From Eledone cirrhosa (Eukaryota), in assembly GCA_964016885.1 (NCBI GenBank), contig OZ024743.1, positions 87,854,001-87,918,000 of the forward strand: DNA of 64,000 bases. The letters are read 5' to 3'. The stretch's first letter is position 1. Every line of letters starts with the position of its first letter. The notes under the pieces are model-generated. The model was given only the letters and a program-made list of their open reading frames with translations. It made no database searches and had not been told where the DNA came from. The position numbers were made by a program, and so were the translations under genes. This document shows positions 58,158-64,000 of this stretch, in pieces.

Positions 58158-58302
58158 CATAACATTAAGAAAGATGCTAATGTTAGCATCTTTCTTAATG
58201 TTATTCTTATACTGAATATCCATCATAACTACAAACTACGAATGTAGAGAGCTTTCTTCTGCTTGCTCCTATTTTTACCAAAACAATCTCTACTGAACAT
58301 AC

Positions 58303-58471
<169 letters not shown>

Positions 58472-59767
58472 GTGTGCGTGCGTGTGCGTGTGTGTGTGTG
58501 TAACTGGCACTCCGTCGATTACGACGACACGTGTTCCAGATGATATGATCAATGGAATAGACTGCTTGTGAAATGAACGTGTTTGTGGTTAAGCATTCCA
58601 CAAGTACGCGCATCCTTAACGTAGTTCTCAGGAAGATTCAGTGTGACACAGAATGTGATAAGACTGGCTCTTTGAATTACAAGTGCAACTCATTCTTGCC
58701 AGTTGTCTTGTTGAACTACGTATGTCCACTGAGACCCTGTTTCGTGTGGAAGCCAAGAGAGACAAATCAGGGCTGTCAATACCTTGTTTATGATTGCGAA
58801 GCAGAACCTAACAGACATGGACCTGATCCTGATGCTGATCCTGATCCTGATGCTACTCAGGGAGCTGGAGAAACTAACTACACTCGGGTCTATAATATAT
58901 CGTCCCCCATCCCGCTTATTAATTTTTCAGATCACCTCCCCTGGCTCTTATTCCACACACACCCTAATCTACCTCCGGCGAAATCTTATTTTAAGTGGTA
59001 GCATTCCTGCGACAATTAATTTTCTGTAGACATTAAAAAAAACATTATATATTACAAAAAAGGTACATTACTAGAAATCCATGTTATAAAATAAATAGAA
59101 TGGGTTGGGGACTCAATATGTAAACTAAACGAAGAATTCTGGTTTTTAAAATAATCAATGAATACAACCTAGAAAAATTACCGATTTTCCACTCCCGCTT
59201 ATTCCACCCCCTCCTCGCATATTCCACCTCCACCCCGCTTATTCCACCCCTATTATTTGGGACCTGAGAGTACATAACTTGACAGGTACTTGGTTCATAG
59301 ACGATGGGATTTGAACTCAGAACACCAGCGGTTGGAACAAAACACCGCAAGTTATTTGCCCCACGTTCTAACAATTCCACCAATGGAACGCCCTAGACGT
59401 TAAACCAGACTTGAAAACATCAGCACTGTGGGTTCGATATGATTGAATAACTCCATTTAAGGTGGTGCCCCAGCATGGCCACAGTCACTGAAACCAGTAG
59501 AAAAGTTTTTTAAAACTTCTCGTTACTGTATTTCTAATGAAAGACTGTCAGTGGTTTCAAATAATATATATATATATAGGAGTAAGTAAGACCCCGACGG
59601 CTGAGCTCAAGCCGTTTCGACGGCTAATTCTGTACAGAATTAGCCGTCGAAACGGCTTGAGCTCAGCCGTCGGGGTCTTACTTACTCCTATTACCCACTC
59701 TACTACCCTAAGTATTGAGTACTTTGGTGCGTTATGGTCCACCTGGTTCCTTACCACTTTTCCTTCG

Positions 59768-59844
<77 letters not shown>

Positions 59845-60060
59845 GTATGTATTTTTGCATGTGTTTGTATGTACGTATGTATGTATGTATGTACGTATGT
59901 ATGTGTGTGTGTATATATAGATATTTTTTTCTCGTGCAATGGCCATACTCAATAACGAGGCGGCAGCCATCATCATCATGTACGTATGTATGTATGTATT
60001 TATCTATGTATGTACATATATACGTACGTATGTATGTATGTACGTATGTATGTATGTATG

Positions 60061-60562
60061 TTCTCTCTTCCTCTTAATTTCGAGTATATTCTTGACCGGC
60101 CACCTTCCTGGTGACAAGGTTGTAAAAGAAAAGAAATTGTCATCCCTTGAATCGCAAGAATGTTTTGCAAATTTTGAAGGTGCCAGCTATCGCAGCCATT
60201 TGTAGACTATGAATTATGGACCTGCGCTCTTTGTCCGCAAATCCAAGTTCAGTCATACTTTGGTCCAAGCGGGTTGGTATATAACCCGTAGCTCCAATAA
60301 TGATGGGTATGAAGTTAAAGGTGTATCTTGGATACTGAATTTGTAAACTCCTCATCAATGGTCCGTAGTTGTCCTCCTTCTCCTGTATTTTTCTGACAAC
60401 GTTTACATCAAGTGGGCAGATTGATCTCCACAACAGAACACGTTTTCAATGTGTGGTCCCAAACAACAATATCAGGCCGGTTGTGCTTCAATTTGGTGGC
60501 AGTTTTTATTTTCAGGTTTCACCAGTATTCCTTAGTGCCATCTGTCTCAATATATTCTTCCT
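60061..60562 (-). mobile_element. 3' fragment of an R4/Dong-like non-LTR element (restriction-like endonuclease)
   Basis: KHNRPDIVVWD..CSVVEI/CPLDVNVVRKIQEKEDNYGPL..PIIIGATG, with one frameshift; embedded in (ATGT)n. Confidence 0.85.
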
Positions 60563-61566
60563 ATGTATGTACGTATGTACGTATGTATGTACGTATGTAT
60601 GTATGTATGTATGTACGTATATACGTACATGTGTGTGTATGTACGTATGTATGTACGTACGTATGTATGTATGTACGTATGTATGTATGTACGTATGTAT
60701 GTACGTACGTATGTATGTACATATGTATCTTGTATGTACCTACGTACGTATGTATGTATGTATCTATGTATGTATCTATGTATGTATGCATGTATGTATG
60801 TACGTATTTATGTATGTATATACGTACGTATGTATATATGTATATGTATGTGGTCGCACCATTATGTAGAAGGTGTAACCATCTTAAGTTCATCGTGATT
60901 CTAAGGAATAACAGATTTTTCAATTAAGGATTTTCCTAGTTTCTTTCAGCTCCAAGGTAATACATTGTGGTGGTGAGGGGGGAGTAGTGATGGTGGTGGT
61001 TGTGGTAGTGGTTGTGGTGGTGGTGGTGGTTGTGGTGGCGGTTGTGGTGGTTGTGGTGGTTGTGGTGGCGGTTGTGGTGGTGGCGGTTGTGGTGGTGGCG
61101 GCCGTGGTTGTTATGGTGGTGATGTTTGGATGGTGGTTGTGGTGATGGTGATGGTGGTGATGGTGGTTGTAGTGATGGGGCTAATGTGTGGTTTGGGGTG
61201 AGCTTGGTTGATGAGCTGGTGGTGGAGGTGGTGATGGTGATGGTGCTAGTGGTGCTGGTGCTGGTGGTTGTGATGGTGTTTTTCGTGATGGTGGTAATGT
61301 GTGGTTTGGGGTGAGCTTGGTTAAAGAGCTGGTGGTGGTGGTGGTGATTGATGTGGTGACGGTGACAATGGTGGTGGGGTGATAGTGGAGTGGGGGGGTA
61401 AGGAAGAGGAAGAGGAGAATGTAATCTGAGACAGTAAATTGCCAATGGAAGGTTGTAGAATAACGTTATATATTCTATATAACACTTTTTTTATATTTTC
61501 CCACTCTCTGCTCTCTTCTCCTCCTCTTCACCCCCTACTCTCTCTCACACATACACACACACACAT

Positions 61567-61601
<35 letters not shown>

Positions 61602-62279
61602 TCTCCGCCTTTCTTTCACTTCCAATAACTTACTTATCAAAATACATATGGGAACGGGGAGATGTTGGCGAATGAAAAGAAGGAGAGAGAGGGTGTGTGT
61701 GTGAGTGAGAGAGAGGGGAGAGAGTGTTGTGTTGAAGGAGAGGGGAGAGGGAGTGAAGGAAAATCAAGAGGAGTGGGAAAAATAACGAAATAGACCAAAA
61801 TAGGGTGAGACTGAGTGAGACATGTAGACAGACTGAGCGGGACACACCACTGGAGTGGGACACACCACTGGAGTGGGACACATTAATGAGTGAGACACCT
61901 AATGAGTGAGAGACACCTAATGAGTGAGACACACTAATAGAGTGGGACAGAGACTGGGTGGGGGATTGAGAAATTGGGTGCTACATACAGACTGAGTGTA
62001 ATAGAGAGTGAGACATTGCCAGGTTGAGTGAGACACAGAGTGGGACAGAAACAGATTGGCTGTCATACAGATTAGGATATCATTTGGCGGTATCGGTAGA
62101 AAGTCGGACGCCATGCTTTGCAGCAAAGAGTTACGGCCCTTTATGGTCTGAGTTCAAATCCCGCCGAGGATAACTTTGCCTTTCATCCTTACGGAGTCGA
62201 TAAAATAAAGTACCAGTAATACACTGGAATAATTGCTGGCCTTGTGCCAAATGTTGAAACAATTATTATGTACTACAGA

Positions 62280-62990
62280 TCACTATACTATACTAAACAC
62301 TACTATATACATAATGTTCTATGCCATACACTACTACACTACACTGTACAACATATTACTACACTATACCACACACCCCTACACTATACCACACATCACT
62401 ACACTATACCACACACAACTACATCATACCACACACCACTACACTACACTATACTACACACCACTACATCATACCACACACCACTACACTATACTACACA
62501 CCCTACACTATACCACACATCACTACATTGTACCACACATCACTACATTATACCACAGACCCCTACTCTAGACTATACCGCACACCACTACACTATACCA
62601 CACATCACTAGCTATACCACACACCCCTACACTATACCGCACACCACTACACTATACCACACATCACTACACTATACCATACACACCCTACACTATACCA
62701 CACATCACTACATTATACTACACACACCCTACACTATACCACGCACCACTACATTATACCACACACCACTACTCTAGACTATACCACACACTCCATCACA
62801 CATTACTACACTATACACAACACTACACTACACCTCACACCACTACACTATACCACGCACCACTACATTATACCACACACCACTACTCTAGACTATACCA
62901 CACACTCCATCACACATTACTACACTATACACAACACTACACTACACCTCACACCACTATACTATACCACACACCACAACACATTACACT
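62280..62990. repeat. Low-complexity cacacaccactacactatac-type repeat with an internal duplication of about 120 bp
   Basis: Direct reading. Confidence 0.8.
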
Positions 62991-64000
62991 GCACTGCATA
63001 AGATTCCTCTACACCACATGTTGTTTAGATATTTCAAACACTAGCTTCAAACCAAGCCCCTCACGCCCCTCACCAACTCTAAATATCAAGGTTCCATTAA
63101 TAAAAAAAAAACTGTTGCCGTGAGCCCTTTTCATTGGCGCAGATTAATGCACTGTCTTAACTGATGCATGTTTTAACGAGGTGAGGGAAGCGGTTTTACA
63201 CTGAAACACATAATAATACAATTACAACAAAGCTTTGATTTTTCTGTTGTTGTTTTGTTTTAATTTCTAATTTATTTACCCAAATGTAATTAGAATTCTT
63301 TAGTGTTGTAGTTGGTTTCAAAGGCGGAGGTTTGGCAGAGTCGTTAGAGTGTCGGGTTTAAATATATCCCACCGTATTTGTCTTTCCTCACTGCACTATG
63401 AGTTCAAATTCTGATTCCATCCTTTAGCGTCGATAAATAAAGTACCAGTCCAGAGCTGGTATCAATTCTTCCTCTATCTCTCTTAATTACTTTCTCTTTC
63501 ACTCTGTGGAAGAAATCGACTGTTCCGCCTGGGAAAGAAAAGGCTCTGCTAGATGTAAAATACGCACTCCTTATGTCACGACATCACGACTTGCTGTATG
63601 TCACAATAGCGCCCTTATGACTCCACCAAGGGTTACGGGTCCATACATACTCGGTATTTGTTCCGAATCACTGCACTCTGCGTTCAAATTACGCCAAGGT
63701 CAATTTAATCTATGTATCAAGATTGTCGTCTCTGTAGAGGCCTCCATCGCTATATGGGTATTTAGAGTGCATCTTGTGCGATAGAGAAATAACCAATCAG
63801 ATCACACACTTCTAGACAATGAAATGTGCCCATGCTAAGCTCAAAGTGTTCGTTGGAATTCAATTTTATCCAGATGTTGACGTTAAAAGAAAGTAAGGGG
63901 GTTTTTTTCTAGCATGTTGAATATTTTGGTGACGGTTGCGGTTGTGATGGCTACGACAGTGGTTGAGGCGATGGTAGTGGTAGTGATTGTAGTGATGATA

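Noticed and set aside
58155-58290. 46-bp palindrome followed by gtagagagct
   Set aside because: Probably another fold-back element, but no hammerhead core and only a degenerate 3' hairpin are visible

Overview
Repeat-saturated, gene-poor eukaryotic DNA. It is very probably octopus/cephalopod: this is inferred from the tRNA-derived SINE families, the CDICGKSF-type C2H2 fingers and the extreme (AT)n/(GT)n/(CT)n/(ATAC)n content. Almost all ORFs in the track are microsatellite artefacts and I cannot support any intact protein-coding gene. Recognisable coding remnants are a decayed pogo-family transposase, two Tx1/L1-like LINE copies, a CR1 3' fragment, an R4/Dong-like restriction-like endonuclease fragment, an internally deleted maT (DD37D) transposon and a Penelope GIY-YIG C-terminus. 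There is also a C2H2 zinc-finger pseudogene in which a 54-bp two-thirds finger has been amplified 72 times in frame. The main hidden signal is about a dozen sequence-diverse short non-coding elements, mostly lodged in or beside (TA)n. Many carry a minimal type I hammerhead ribozyme with a palindromic stem III and a 5' fold-back inversion. They also share a covarying 3' bulged hairpin (ACUC-[stem-loop]-NN-GAGURCU). Together they look like a system of non-autonomous Penelope-like elements/retrozymes. All structures were read by eye and no searches or folding programs were run.
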